This document shows positions 19,759 through 30,102 of a stretch of 64,000 nucleotides of DNA, in pieces. Position 1 is the first letter of the stretch. The number at the start of each line of letters is the position of its first letter. The notes under the pieces are model-generated. The model saw only the letters and a program-made list of their open reading frames with translations. It made no database searches and was not told where the DNA came from. The stretch is from an uncultured Acidobacteriota bacterium (GTDB lineage Bacteria; Acidobacteriota; Vicinamibacteria; Vicinamibacterales; CAVVIG01), in NCBI GenBank assembly GCA_963761615.1, contig CAVXGU010000003.1, forward strand, positions 907,538 to 971,537, read 5' to 3'. The position numbers and the translations under genes were made by a program.

Positions 19759-20892
19759 ATGAAGACGTTACCGGAGCTGTTGAAGACGACGGTCGAGATG
19801 GAGGGGTCGGACCTCCACATCACGACGGACACCCCGCCGCAGGTCCGCGTGCACGGCGAGCTGGTGCGCCTCGCGCTGCCGGCCATGACGCCGTCGGAGA
19901 CCAAGCAGCTGGCCTACAGCGTGCTCACCGACTCGCAGAAGAAGCGGTTCGAGGAGTCGATGGAGCTGGACTTCTCGTTCGGCATCCGGGGGCTGGCGCG
20001 CTTCCGCTGCAACGTGTTCAGCCAGCGCGGCGCGGTCGCCGCCGTCTACCGGTTGATTCCCGAGAAGATCCGGACCTTCGAGGACCTGGGTCTGCCGCCC
20101 GTGCTGGCGACGCTGGCCGATCGGCCGCGCGGCCTCGTGCTCGTGACCGGGCCGACCGGCAGCGGCAAGTCGACGACGCTCGCCGCGATGCTCGACAAGA
20201 TCAACACCGAGCGGCACGGGCACATCCTGACGATCGAGGATCCGATCGAGTACCTCCACCAGCACAAGGGCTGCCTGGTGAACCAGCGCGAGGTCCACAG
20301 CGACACGGGCAGCTTCTCGAACGCGCTCCGCGCCGCGCTGCGCGAGGACCCGGACATCGTCCTCATCGGCGAGATGCGCGACCTCGAGACGGTCGAGTCG
20401 GCCCTGAAGATCGCCGAGACCGGGCACCTGACCTTCGCGACGCTGCACACCAACTCGGCGGCGCAGACGATCAACCGCATCATCGACATCTTCCCGGCCG
20501 GCCAGCAGTCGCAGATCCGGACGCAGCTGTCGCTGGTCCTGGAGGGGATCGTCTGCCAGGCGCTGCTGCCGCGGGCCGACGGGCAGGGGCGGGTCGTGTC
20601 GCTGGAGATCCTGGTGCCGACCTCCGGCATCCGCGCGCTCATCCGCGACGACAAGGTGCACCAGATCTACGGCGCGATGCAGACCGGCCAGGAAAAAGCC
20701 GGCATGCAGACCGCCAACCAGTCGCTCGTGAGCCTGTATCACAAGCAGCTCATCACGCTGGAGACGGCGACCGCCGCCTCGTCGCTCAAGGACGAGCTGC
20801 ACGACATGATCAACCGGGGCGTGGGCGTGGTGCCCGGGGCGGGGTTGCGTTCGGGTCTCGCCCGGCCGATGGCAAGGCCGGGCAGAGGCTGA
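19759..20892 (+). CDS. pilT: Type IV pilus retraction ATPase PilT
   Basis: GSDLHIT, GPTGSGKSTT, ALREDPDIVLIGEMRD and GIRALIRD (AIRNLIRE variant). Confidence 0.97.
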   Translation: MKTLPELLKTTVEMEGSDLHITTDTPPQVRVHGELVRLALPAMTPSETKQLAYSVLTDSQKKRFEESMELDFSFGIRGLARFRCNVFSQRGAVAAVYRLIPEKIRTFEDLGLPPVLATLADRPRGLVLVTGPTGSGKSTTLAAMLDKINTERHGHILTIEDPIEYLHQHKGCLVNQREVHSDTGSFSNALRAALREDPDIVLIGEMRDLETVESALKIAETGHLTFATLHTNSAAQTINRIIDIFPAGQQSQIRTQLSLVLEGIVCQALLPRADGQGRVVSLEILVPTSGIRALIRDDKVHQIYGAMQTGQEKAGMQTANQSLVSLYHKQLITLETATAASSLKDELHDMINRGVGVVPGAGLRSGLARPMARPGRG

Positions 20893-20941
20893 GGGGCTCG
20901 GGAACCTCGGGAACTGAGGAGCTGGGGAAGCAGGGACCGTT

Positions 20942-22153
20942 ATGCCGACATTTGCCTATTCCGGACGGACGCGCGCGGGACAGACCGTTTCGGGCGAGCG
21001 CGCGGCCGACACGATGGACGCCGCGGTGGCGGCGCTCCGGCGCGACCAGATTCAGGTGACGCGCATCACGCCGAGGCGGGCCCGCGAAGAGGCGAAGAAG
21101 CCCGCCGGCACCAACAAGAAGGTGCCCGCGAAGAATCTCGCCGTCTTCACGCGCCAGTTCTCGGTCATGATCGACGCCGGTCTGCCGCTCGTGCAGTGCC
21201 TCGAGATCCTCGGCAACCAGGAGGAGAACAAGAACTTCGCCGCCGTGATCCTGCAGACCCGGGGCGACGTCGAGAGCGGCAAGTCGCTCGCCGACGCGAT
21301 GCGCCAGCACCCGAAGACCTTCGACCCGCTGTTCACGAACATGGTCGCGGCCGGCGAAGCCGGCGGCATCCTCGACACGATTCTCAAGCGCCTGGCGACC
21401 TACATCGAGAAGGCCGTGAAGCTGGCGGGTCAGGTGAAGTCGGCGATGATCTACCCGGTCGCCGTCATCGTGATCGCCAGCCTGGTCGTCGCCGTGATCC
21501 TCTGGAAGGTCATTCCCACGTTCGCGTCGCTGTTCCAGGGCCTCGGCGCCACGCTGCCGCTCCCGACGCGCATCGTCATCGCGCTCAGCGACAACCTCGT
21601 GCGGTTCTTCCCCGTCCTCATCGTCGCCATGGTGACCGTCGGGTTCCTCTTCCAGCGCTACTACGCCACGCACGGTGGCAAGCGCGTCGTCGACGGCACG
21701 CTGCTCAAGGCGCCCATCCTCGGCGACATCCTGCGCAAGATCGCCGTGGCGCGCTTCTGCCGCACGCTGTCGACCCTCATCAGCTCCGGCGTGCCCATCC
21801 TCGACGGCCTCGAGATCACCGCCAAGACCGCCGGCAACTCCGTCATGGAGGACGCCGTGATGGTCACGCGAAAGAGCATCGAGCGCGGCGAGACCATCTC
21901 GGCGCCCCTCAAGGACACCAGGGTGTTCCCCCCGATGGTCACCCAGATGATCGGCGTCGGCGAGGCCACGGGCGCCCTCGACACGATGCTGGCCAAGATC
22001 GCCGATTTCTACGAGGAGGAGGTCGACACCGCGGTGGCCGGGCTGCTGACGCTGCTCGAGCCGATCATGATCGCCATCCTCGGCGTCGTGGTCGGCGGCA
22101 TCGTGATCTCGATGTACCTGCCGATCTTCGACCTGATCAGCAAGCTCTCGTGA
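20942..22153 (+). CDS. pilC: Type IV pilus platform protein PilC (GspF family)
   Basis: FTRQFSVMIDAGLPL, AGEAGGILD, SAMIYP and LLEPIMI..MYLPIF. Confidence 0.96.
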   Translation: MPTFAYSGRTRAGQTVSGERAADTMDAAVAALRRDQIQVTRITPRRAREEAKKPAGTNKKVPAKNLAVFTRQFSVMIDAGLPLVQCLEILGNQEENKNFAAVILQTRGDVESGKSLADAMRQHPKTFDPLFTNMVAAGEAGGILDTILKRLATYIEKAVKLAGQVKSAMIYPVAVIVIASLVVAVILWKVIPTFASLFQGLGATLPLPTRIVIALSDNLVRFFPVLIVAMVTVGFLFQRYYATHGGKRVVDGTLLKAPILGDILRKIAVARFCRTLSTLISSGVPILDGLEITAKTAGNSVMEDAVMVTRKSIERGETISAPLKDTRVFPPMVTQMIGVGEATGALDTMLAKIADFYEEEVDTAVAGLLTLLEPIMIAILGVVVGGIVISMYLPIFDLISKLS

Positions 22154-22154
22154 G

Positions 22155-23808
22155 ATGCAGCAATCCGACCTGCGCCGCAAGATCGCGTGGCTGATCGCCA
22201 TCCGTGCCGTCATCGGGACCCTCCTGCTGGGGACCGCGACGGTCGTGCAGATCACGCGGCCCGGGTCGCTGCCCGTCGATCCGTTCTTCGTCCTGATCGC
22301 GCTGATCTACGCCCTGACGGCCGTCTACTCCCTCGTGCTGCCGCTGGTGGACCGCCACCCGTGGCTCGCGGACGTCCAGCTGGTCGGCGACGCGATCATC
22401 ATCTCGGCGTTCATCTACTTCACCGGCGGCGTCTCGAGCGAGTTCTCGTCCCTCTACGTCCTGCCCATCGTGGCCGGCAGCGTCCTGGGATCGCGCCGCG
22501 GGGGACTGCTCGTCGCCACCCTGAGCTCGGTGCTCTATGCCGGCCTGGTGCTGGCCCAGTACATCGACCGCGTCGGGCCTGCTGATCGATCCCTGGCTGA
22601 CGACCGGCGCGCTCCCCGCGCGGACGGCCGGCGAGTTCATCGTGGCGCTCAACGTCTTCGGGTTCTTCGCCGTGGCGGTCCTGAGCGGGTCGCTCGCCGA
22701 GCGGGTGCGGTCGGCCGACGTCCGCCTGCTCGAGGCCTCCACCGAACTGGCCGATCTGCAGGCCTTCAACCAGCACGTCATCGACAGCCTGTCGAGCGGC
22801 CTGGTGACGACGGATCCCGACGGTCGGGTGCTCACGTTCAACCACGGCGCGGAGGCGATTACCGGCGTGCCGGCCGCGACGGCCGTGGGGCGGCCCAGCG
22901 CCGGCGTGCTGCAACTGCCGGACACCGTGCTCGACGCCCTGTCGGCCGGCTTGCCGGCGGGAGGGGAGCGGGCCGAGTTCCGGTTCCGGACCGCCGACGG
23001 CCGCGGTGACGTGGAGATCGGCCTGGCCGTCACGCATCTGCAGACACCCGGCGGTCGGGCGGGCTTCCTGTTCACGTTCCAGGACGTGACCCAGATCAAG
23101 CGCCTCGAGCGCGACGCGACCATCCAGCAACGGCTCGCCGCGGTCGGCGAGATGGCCGCGGGCATCGCGCACGAGATCCGCAATCCCCTGGCGTCGATGT
23201 CCGGGTCGATCCAGATCCTGCGTCAGGAGCTGCCGCTCAGCGCCGAGCAGGAGCAGCTCATGGACATCGTCCTGAGGGAGTCGGAGCGGCTGAACACCAC
23301 GATCCGCTCGTTCCTCGCCTACGCGCGTCCGCAGCGCTTCGCGATCGCGCGCTTCGACGTCCGGCGGGCGCTCAACGACACCGCGCTCCTGCTCCGGAAC
23401 AGCTCCGAGGTCAAGGAGGGCCACGTCATCGACGTCGAGATGCCCGAGACCGAGCTCTGGTACGAGGCCGACGAGGGGCAGGTCAAACAGATCGTCTGGA
23501 ACCTGGCCACCAACGGCCTGCGGGCGATGCCGGACGGCGGGCGTCTCCGCCTGGTGGGCGCGGTCGAACCGGCGTCGGGCGGGGTCGTGCTCACGGTCGC
23601 CGACGAGGGCGTCGGCATCCCCGCCGAGGAGCTGGACGGCCTGTTCCAGCCCTTCCACGGCAGCTTCGTGAAGGGCAGCGGGCTCGGCCTCGCGATCGTC
23701 CATCGCATCGTCAGCGACTATCACGGCGAGATCCACGTGAGCTCGCAGCCCAATGCCGGCACCACCGTTTCGGTCCGGCTTCCGGCCCGGGAGGTGGCCT
23801 GTCCATGA
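22155..23808 (+). pseudogene. pilS: Sensor histidine kinase PilS, frameshifted as assembled (+1 near 22566); probably intact in vivo
   Basis: Multi-TM N-terminus in one frame and PAS-HisKA-HATPase (AHEIRNPL, GSGLGL) in the next; removing one base gives ...AQYITASGLL...; lies between pilC and pilR. Confidence 0.85.
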
Positions 23809-25220
23809 ATCCAGCCGTCGACGCCCCGCCCGCGGCCGCCGACCGGCGGCCTCCCCGCATCCTCGTCGTCGACGACGAGCGGTCGATGCGCGAGCTGCTG
23901 GCCATCGTGCTGCGCCGCGAGGGCTACGAGGTGCTGCTCGCCGAGAACGGACGCGCGGCCGTCGAGACGCTGGGGCGCGAGACGGTCGACCTGCTCATCT
24001 CGGACATCAAGATGCCGGATCTGAGCGGCGTGGAGGTGCTGCGCGCGGCGAAGCAGATCGACCAGGACATCCTGGGGATCATGATCACCGCGTTCGCGTC
24101 GACCGAGAGCGCGGTGGAGGCGATGCGCCTCGGCGCGTGCGACTACCTGACCAAGCCGTTCGACGTCGACCTCCTCCGCATGAAGGTGCGGGAGAAGATC
24201 GAGAACCGCCAGATCCGGCAGGAGAACGTCCTCCTGAAGCGCAGCCTGGGGCTGTCGCACCAGTTCTCGAACATCATCGGCCGCAGCCCGGCGATGCTCG
24301 AGGTGTTCAAGATGATCGAGACCGTCGCCCGGACCAACAGCACGATTCTGCTGACGGGGGAGTCGGGCACGGGCAAGGGGCTGGTCGCCCAGGCGATCCA
24401 TCACCACTCGCTGCGTCGCGACCGGCCGCTCGTCGCGCTCAACTGCGGCGCCCTGCCCGAGGCGCTCCTCGAGTCCGAGCTCTTCGGCCACATGCGCGGC
24501 GCCTTCACCGGCGCGGACGCCAACAAGAAGGGCCTGCTCGAAGTCGCCGAGCGGGGCACGGTCTTCCTCGACGAGATCGCCGAGATGAGCGCGGTCCTCC
24601 AGGTGAAGCTGCTGCGCGTGCTCCAGGAGCGCCGGTTCCGGCGCGTCGGCGGGCTCGAGGAGCTCTCGGCCGACATCCGCGTCATCGCCGCCACCAACCA
24701 GGACCTGACCCGCGCGGTTGCCGAGAACCGGTTCCGCGAGGACCTGTACTACCGCATCAACGTGATCCCGATCGCGCTCCCGCCCCTCCGGGAGCGGCGG
24801 GAGGACATCCCCCTGCTGGCCAAGCACTTCCTGGAGAAGTTCACCGAGCAGATGGGGAAGCCGGTGACCGGCATCTCGCAGGAGGCCCTCGGGCTGCTGG
24901 CGTCCTACGACTGGCCGGGCAACATCCGGGAGCTCGAGAACGTGATGGAGCGGGCCATTGCGCTGGAGGCGACGCCGACGGTCCTGCCCGACAGCCTGCC
25001 GCCCGCGGTCCGGGGCGAGCAGGCCCGCCAGGCGGCATCGGCCGCCGATCCGCTGCCGGAGTCGGGATTCGACCTCGAGGCGCACGTCCAGGAGATCGAG
25101 CGGGGGTACATCGCGGAGGCCCTGAAGCGCGCGGGGGGCGTCCAGGTCAAGGCGGCGGACCTGCTGGGTATGAGCTTCCGCTCCTTCCGCTATTACGTGA
25201 AGAAATACAACCTGCGTTGA
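23805..25220 (+). CDS. pilR: sigma-54-dependent response regulator PilR
   Basis: REC domain, GESGTGK, ESELFGHMRGAFTGA, WPGNIREL and Fis-type HTH ending FRSFRYYVKKY; upstream of pilA. Confidence 0.92.
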   Translation: MNPAVDAPPAAADRRPPRILVVDDERSMRELLAIVLRREGYEVLLAENGRAAVETLGRETVDLLISDIKMPDLSGVEVLRAAKQIDQDILGIMITAFASTESAVEAMRLGACDYLTKPFDVDLLRMKVREKIENRQIRQENVLLKRSLGLSHQFSNIIGRSPAMLEVFKMIETVARTNSTILLTGESGTGKGLVAQAIHHHSLRRDRPLVALNCGALPEALLESELFGHMRGAFTGADANKKGLLEVAERGTVFLDEIAEMSAVLQVKLLRVLQERRFRRVGGLEELSADIRVIAATNQDLTRAVAENRFREDLYYRINVIPIALPPLRERREDIPLLAKHFLEKFTEQMGKPVTGISQEALGLLASYDWPGNIRELENVMERAIALEATPTVLPDSLPPAVRGEQARQAASAADPLPESGFDLEAHVQEIERGYIAEALKRAGGVQVKAADLLGMSFRSFRYYVKKYNLR

Positions 25221-25257
25221 CACTTCGTGTCTGGCTGACTGACAATCGTTGTCAGTC
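25218..25257. promoter_or_regulatory. Putative PilR enhancer upstream of pilA
   Basis: TGTC-N9-GACA (25228-25244) formed by two interleaved TGACA-N5-TGTC[AT] palindromes; perfect GACTGACAA-TCG-TTGTCAGTC at 25237-25257; ~130 bp upstream of the -24 element. Confidence 0.7.
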
Positions 25258-25365
25258 CAAGGCCTTCTCTTCGAGCCACGCGGTGCTGGATCAAGCTTCG
25301 ACCTTCCCTGATAACACACCTGTTCAGAATGAGTTACGTGCCGATACTCCTCACATGGTTGTGGT

Positions 25366-25381
25366 TGGCACCATGGTTGCT
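25366..25381 (+). promoter_or_regulatory. sigma-54 promoter of pilA
   Basis: TGGCAC-CATGG-TTGCT matches the -24/-12 consensus. Confidence 0.9.
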
Positions 25382-25457
25382 CTATCGGGGGACGACACAA
25401 GACCCGAATGGGTCGGGATTGGTCAGCACCGATAGTGCTTTTTAAGGAGTCACTGCA

Positions 25458-26012
25458 ATGAAGAAGATGCGCAAGGTCGAAGGCTTCACCCTCATCGAGC
25501 TGCTGATCGTTGTCGCGATCATCGGCATCATCGCGGCGATCGCGATTCCCGGCCTGCTCCGCGCCCGTATGTCGGGCAACGAGGCGTCGGCCATCGGCTC
25601 GCTGCGCGCCATCAACAGCGGTCAGGCCAGCTACTCGTCGAGCTGCGCCCAGGGCGGCTACGCGGTTACGCTGGACGACCTCGCGAAGGCCCCGGCGAAC
25701 AGCACCCAGGGCTTCATCTCGCCGGATCTGAGCACCAACGGCGTGACCAAGAGCGGCTACCAGGTTGGCATCGAGGAGGATGCGACGGCGGGCACGCAGG
25801 ACATCTCCTCGCCGGCCGCGACGTGCAACACCTCGGTCGGCCAGCCGGTGAGCTCCTACTTCGCCGGTGCAGTCCCTGTGACCCCCGGCGGCACCGGCAC
25901 GCGGTGGTTCGCCACGGACACGCGCGGCACGATCTGGCAGGACTCGACGGCGTTGATCGCCAACCCGATCGGCACGCCGGCGCCTGGCGCCAGCACCTCC
26001 CCGGTTCAGTAA
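25458..26012 (+). CDS. pilA: Major type IVa pilin
   Basis: G|FTLIELLIVVAIIGIIAAIAIP with E5; strong RBS TAAGGAG; own sigma-54 promoter and terminator. Confidence 0.93.
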   Translation: MKKMRKVEGFTLIELLIVVAIIGIIAAIAIPGLLRARMSGNEASAIGSLRAINSGQASYSSSCAQGGYAVTLDDLAKAPANSTQGFISPDLSTNGVTKSGYQVGIEEDATAGTQDISSPAATCNTSVGQPVSSYFAGAVPVTPGGTGTRWFATDTRGTIWQDSTALIANPIGTPAPGASTSPVQ

Positions 26013-26032
26013 CGATCGTCACGCAACCCCCA

Positions 26033-26072
26033 CGAGCGGGATGCTCTCGAAGGGCATCCCGCTCGCGGCTTT
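26033..26072 (+). terminator. Terminator-like hairpin after pilA
   Basis: CGAGCGGGATGCTC-TCGAA-GGGCATCCCGCTCG followed by a short T run. Confidence 0.7.
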
Positions 26073-26105
26073 GTACGGCGGCCGAGGATCGTCCGGGGCC
26101 GTTGC

Positions 26106-26135
26106 TTGACGGGGCCCTTCAGCTGCAGTTACAAC
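26106..26135 (+). promoter_or_regulatory. sigma-70-like promoter giving a probably leaderless VKOR-DsbA mRNA
   Basis: TTGACG-18 bp-TACAAC, with ATG 7 nt downstream and no SD. Confidence 0.55.
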
Positions 26136-26142
26136 ACGTGCC

Positions 26143-27360
26143 ATGAGCAAGCTCGCCGCGCGGCTCACCCTGTTTTGTGCGATCGTCGGACTCGGCGCGT
26201 CGGCGGCGGCCCTCTACGTCCACTACCACCTCCTGACCGACCCCGCCTACGTCAGCGCCTGCGACATCAACGAGACGTTCAGTTGCTCGCAGATCTATCT
26301 GAGTCGGTTCAGCACGGTCGGCGGAGTGCCGGTGGCAATCGGCGGCGCAGCCTGGTTCGCGGTGGCCGGACTGCTCGCGATCGCGGGCCTGACCGCTCCG
26401 GAGGAAACCCGTCAGAACGTCGCGAGCTACCTGTTCGGACTCTCCACACTCGCCCTCGCCGTCGTCCTGTACTTCGGCTATGTGTCGTTCGTCGTCCTCA
26501 AGGCCGCCTGCGTCTTCTGCCTCACGATGGACGCGGCCGTGGTGGGGACGTTCCTGGTGTCGGGCACCGCCGCGTCGGTGCCGATGGGCAGCCTGCCTCG
26601 GCGCGCGGTTCGCGACCTGGGCGCGCTGGCGTCCAGCCCGCTGGCCCTCGCGCTCACTGTGCTCCTCGCCGGCGGCGTGGCGGCATCGGCGGTGCTGTTC
26701 CCGCGCGAGGCGGTCCTGGCCGCCGCGGCCTCCGCTCCCGCGTCGGCGGCCTCCGCGGCGCCCGCCACGGCGGGGTCCGCGACCTCGGAGTTCGACCGAT
26801 GGTACGCGTCGCAGCCGCGCGTCGACGTGCCGGTGTCGCGCGACGCGGCCACGGTGCTCGTGGTCAAGTTCAACGACTTCGAGTGTCCGGCGTGCAGCGA
26901 CTCGTACGAGAAGTACAAGAGCATCTTCGCGAAGTACGACGCCGAGCGGCCGGGCCAGGTGAAGCTCGTGTTGAAGGACTTCCCGCTCGATGCCACGTGC
27001 AACGACACCCTGACGCAGACCGTTCACGCGGCGGCGTGCCAGGCGGCCGTCGCCGTCCGCCTGGCGCGGGAGCACGGCGAGGGCGACGCCCTGGAGGACT
27101 GGTTCTACACGAACCAGGAGTCGATGACGGCGGCGGTCGTCAAGGAGCAGGCCGCACGCGTGGGGCATGTCGCGGACTTCGACGCCCGCTACGAGGCCAC
27201 GCTGGCCGAGGTCAAGGCCGACATCGCGCTGGGCCGCAGGCTCCAGGTCCGGGCGACGCCCACGTTCTTCATCAACGGCGTCAAGATCGAGGGCGAGATG
27301 CCTCCGCAGTACTTCGACCAGGCGATCGCGTACGAGCTGCAGCACGGGCCATCCAGGTGA
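26143..27360 (+). CDS. VKOR-DsbA (thioredoxin-fold) fusion disulfide oxidase
   Basis: VKOR loop cysteines (ACDINETFSC) and CVFC; Ala-rich linker; FNDFECPAC and cis-Pro loop RATPTFFING. Confidence 0.9.
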   Translation: MSKLAARLTLFCAIVGLGASAAALYVHYHLLTDPAYVSACDINETFSCSQIYLSRFSTVGGVPVAIGGAAWFAVAGLLAIAGLTAPEETRQNVASYLFGLSTLALAVVLYFGYVSFVVLKAACVFCLTMDAAVVGTFLVSGTAASVPMGSLPRRAVRDLGALASSPLALALTVLLAGGVAASAVLFPREAVLAAAASAPASAASAAPATAGSATSEFDRWYASQPRVDVPVSRDAATVLVVKFNDFECPACSDSYEKYKSIFAKYDAERPGQVKLVLKDFPLDATCNDTLTQTVHAAACQAAVAVRLAREHGEGDALEDWFYTNQESMTAAVVKEQAARVGHVADFDARYEATLAEVKADIALGRRLQVRATPTFFINGVKIEGEMPPQYFDQAIAYELQHGPSR

Positions 27361-27367
27361 GATCGTC

Positions 27368-28342
27368 GTGACGTCCGCGCTGGCCACCCACGAGCTGTCG
27401 AAGGATTACGCCGTCGGCTTCTGGAAGAAGCGGCGCTACCGGGCGCTCGACGGGCTGACGCTGGCGATTGAGCCGGGCGAGGTGTTCGGCTTCCTCGGTC
27501 CCAACGGCGCCGGCAAGACGACCACGCTGAAGCTGCTGATGCAGCTCGTCTTTCCGACCTCCGGAAGCGCCGAGCTGCTCGGGCGGCCGCTCGGCGATCT
27601 CGGCGCCAAGCGGAAGATCGGCTATCTCCCGGAGCATCCCTACTTCTACGACTACCTGACCGGCGAGGAGCTGGTGTCGTACTTCGCGGGCCTCTTCGGC
27701 TACGCCGGCGCCGACCGGCGCCGGCGCGTCGATCGGCTGCTCGACGAGGTCGGGATTGGCGCCGAGCGCCGCCTGCAGCTGCGCCGGTTCTCCAAGGGCA
27801 TGCTGCAGCGGGTCGGCCTGGCGCAGGCGCTCGTCAACGATCCGGAGCTGGTCATTCTCGACGAGCCCATGTCCGGACTGGACCCGCTGGGACGGCGCGA
27901 GGTGCGCGCCCTGATCCTCCGGCTGCGCGACCGGGGCTGCACGGTCTTCTTCAGCTCGCACGTCCTGAGCGACGCCGAGGCGCTCTGCGGACGCGTCGCG
28001 ATCCTGGCCAAGGGACGCCTGCTGGCGGTCGACCGCGTGAGCGGCGTCTCGGCGCTGCAGGCCCAGGGCTGGGAGCTCGTGATCTCGCACGCCGACGAGG
28101 CGCTGGTGGCGTCGCTCGGCGCCCGCATCACCGGCGCCGTGCGCATCGGACCGGGACGCTTCTCGCTCGAGCTGCCGCTCGAGCCTTCGCCCGACCGGCT
28201 GCTGGCCGAGCTGACGGCCGCCGGCGCCCGGCTGGTGTCCTTGAACCCGACGCGGCAGACGCTCGAGGATCTCTTCGTGCAGCAGGTGCGCGCCGTCGAC
28301 GGTGTCGATCGCGGCCTGGGGCCGGGCGCCGTGGGCAGGTAG
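27368..28342 (+). CDS. ABC transporter ATP-binding protein (PilH/XapD-like)
   Basis: GTG 27368; [24 protein letters not shown] and [13 protein letters not shown]. Confidence 0.9.
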   Translation: MTSALATHELSKDYAVGFWKKRRYRALDGLTLAIEPGEVFGFLGPNGAGKTTTLKLLMQLVFPTSGSAELLGRPLGDLGAKRKIGYLPEHPYFYDYLTGEELVSYFAGLFGYAGADRRRRVDRLLDEVGIGAERRLQLRRFSKGMLQRVGLAQALVNDPELVILDEPMSGLDPLGRREVRALILRLRDRGCTVFFSSHVLSDAEALCGRVAILAKGRLLAVDRVSGVSALQAQGWELVISHADEALVASLGARITGAVRIGPGRFSLELPLEPSPDRLLAELTAAGARLVSLNPTRQTLEDLFVQQVRAVDGVDRGLGPGAVGR

Positions 28343-28348
28343 CGAGCC

Positions 28349-29155
28349 ATGCGTGCGACCTTGATGATCGCCCTGAATGCCTTCCGGGAATCGGTGCGCG
28401 ACAAGGTCCTGTACAACCTCGTGTTCTTCGCCATCCTGCTGATGGGGGCGTCCTACCTGATCGGCCAGCTGACGGCGGGGCAGGACGTGAAGATCATCAA
28501 GGACCTGGGGCTGGCGGCGATGTCGGTCTTCGGCCTGTTCATCGCGATCTTCATCGGCATCGGTCTGGTCTCGAAGGAAGTCGAGCGGCGGAGCGTCTAC
28601 AGCCTGCTGGCCAAGCCCGTGCACCGCTACCAGATCGTCCTGGGCAAGTACCTGGGACTCGCGCTGACGCTCTTCGTCAACATCGCGATCATGGCGGTCG
28701 CCTTCTACGCCGTCCTGGCGTACATGAACTGGCAGACGTCCGACACCGTGCGCCGGGCCTGGGAGGCCTCGGCCCTCGACCCGGCCATGCTCAAGGCCGT
28801 GGGCCTCATCTTCGCCCAGCTCCTCATCGTGACGGCCATCGCCCTGTTCTTCTCGACCTTCTCCACGCCGATCCTGTCCGCGGCGCTGACGTTCGGGCTG
28901 TACATCGCGGGGCAGTTCAGCGCCGACCTGCGCAACTTCCAGCAGGTCGTCGCGTCGCCGACGGCGGCGCGGCTGGTGGGCGCGCTCTACTGGGTGCTGC
29001 CCAACCTCGCGCAGTTCGACGTGAAGGCGCGCGTGGTGCACGGGCAGCCCGTGCCCCTCGGCGCGATCGGCCTGGCGATGGTCTACGCGGCGCTGTACAT
29101 CGGCATGCTGCTGACTGCCTCGATCGCGATCTTTGCCCAGCGGGATTTCAAGTGA
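28349..29155 (+). CDS. ABC-2 permease (PilI-like)
   Basis: [34 protein letters not shown] and C-terminal FAQRDFK. Confidence 0.88.
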   Translation: MRATLMIALNAFRESVRDKVLYNLVFFAILLMGASYLIGQLTAGQDVKIIKDLGLAAMSVFGLFIAIFIGIGLVSKEVERRSVYSLLAKPVHRYQIVLGKYLGLALTLFVNIAIMAVAFYAVLAYMNWQTSDTVRRAWEASALDPAMLKAVGLIFAQLLIVTAIALFFSTFSTPILSAALTFGLYIAGQFSADLRNFQQVVASPTAARLVGALYWVLPNLAQFDVKARVVHGQPVPLGAIGLAMVYAALYIGMLLTASIAIFAQRDFK

Positions 29156-30102
29156 CCCTGGCCCGCAATGCCGCGGCGGTCGTCATCGTCGGCGTCCTGT
29201 TCGCGGGGGCGGCGTCGACCGAGGCGATGCGGGAGCGGCGGTACCCCGCTCCGCCGGTTGCCGAGGACGTGCTGTACCTGACGTCCTCACCCGTGGTCGC
29301 CCACCTGACCGCGGGCTTCCATGCCGTGGCCGCCGACCTGTACTGGATCCGCGCGATTCAGTACTACGGCGGTGCCAGGCAGCGGCTCACCGCGGAGCAG
29401 CGGCTCGGCGTCCTGCCGCCGGTCGCGCTCAAAGCCGACGTGAGCGATTTCGACGCCCTGTACCCCCTCCTCGACCTGACCACCACGCTCGATCCCCGGT
29501 TCACGATCGCGTACCGGTTCGGCGCCATCTTTCTCTCCGAGCCCTACCCGGGCGGCCCGGGCCGGCCGGACGAGGCCATCGAGCTGCTCGAAAAGGGATT
29601 GAAGGCTCAGCCCGATAAGTGGGAGTACATGGAGGACATCGGCTTCGTCTACTACTGGTCGCGCCACGAGTACGACGTCGCGGCGAGATGGTTCGACCAG
29701 GCGGCCGACGTGGCCGGTGCCCCCTGGTGGCTGCGCTCGCTGGCGGCCACGACGCTGGCGCAGGGGGGCGACCGGCAGTCGTCGCGGGTGATGTGGCAGT
29801 CGATCCGTGACTCCACGGACGTCGACTGGCTCCGGAGCGAGGCCGAGCGGCGGCTGGAGCAGCTGACCGCGCTCGACCAGATCGACCGCCTCCAGCCCCG
29901 GGTCGACGCCTACACGCGGCAGACCGGCGACGTGCCGGACGGCTGGATTCCCCTGATCCGGGCCCGCGTGCTGCCCGGCATTCCCACCGATCCCACCGGC
30001 ACGCCGTATTCGCTGCACGGCGGCCGGGTTCGGGTCGCGCAGTCTTCGGCGCTCTATCCGCTGCCCGATGAGCCCGCGGCGCTGCCGCCGCCCGCGTCAT
30101 GA
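29152..30102 (+). CDS. Membrane-anchored TPR protein (PilG/XapA-like) with a GspG-like C-terminus
   Basis: N-terminal hydrophobic helix, ADLYWIRAIQYYG, TTLDPRF, TPR-like helices and PTDPTGTPY. Confidence 0.7.
   Translation: MTLARNAAAVVIVGVLFAGAASTEAMRERRYPAPPVAEDVLYLTSSPVVAHLTAGFHAVAADLYWIRAIQYYGGARQRLTAEQRLGVLPPVALKADVSDFDALYPLLDLTTTLDPRFTIAYRFGAIFLSEPYPGGPGRPDEAIELLEKGLKAQPDKWEYMEDIGFVYYWSRHEYDVAARWFDQAADVAGAPWWLRSLAATTLAQGGDRQSSRVMWQSIRDSTDVDWLRSEAERRLEQLTALDQIDRLQPRVDAYTRQTGDVPDGWIPLIRARVLPGIPTDPTGTPYSLHGGRVRVAQSSALYPLPDEPAALPPPAS

Noticed and set aside
20897-20935. CTCGGGAAC tandem duplication and similar purine-rich units between pilT and pilC
   Set aside because: Two exact copies only; consistent with low-complexity intergenic filler
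22560-22575. Programmed frameshift or SSR phase variation in pilS
   Set aside because: No slippery heptamer or repeat tract; similar +1 events occur in unrelated genes
25458-26012. PilA as a conductive e-pilin, given the Geobacter-like locus
   Set aside because: Full-length pilin with low aromatic content; mature positions 24 and 27 are L and A rather than F and Y
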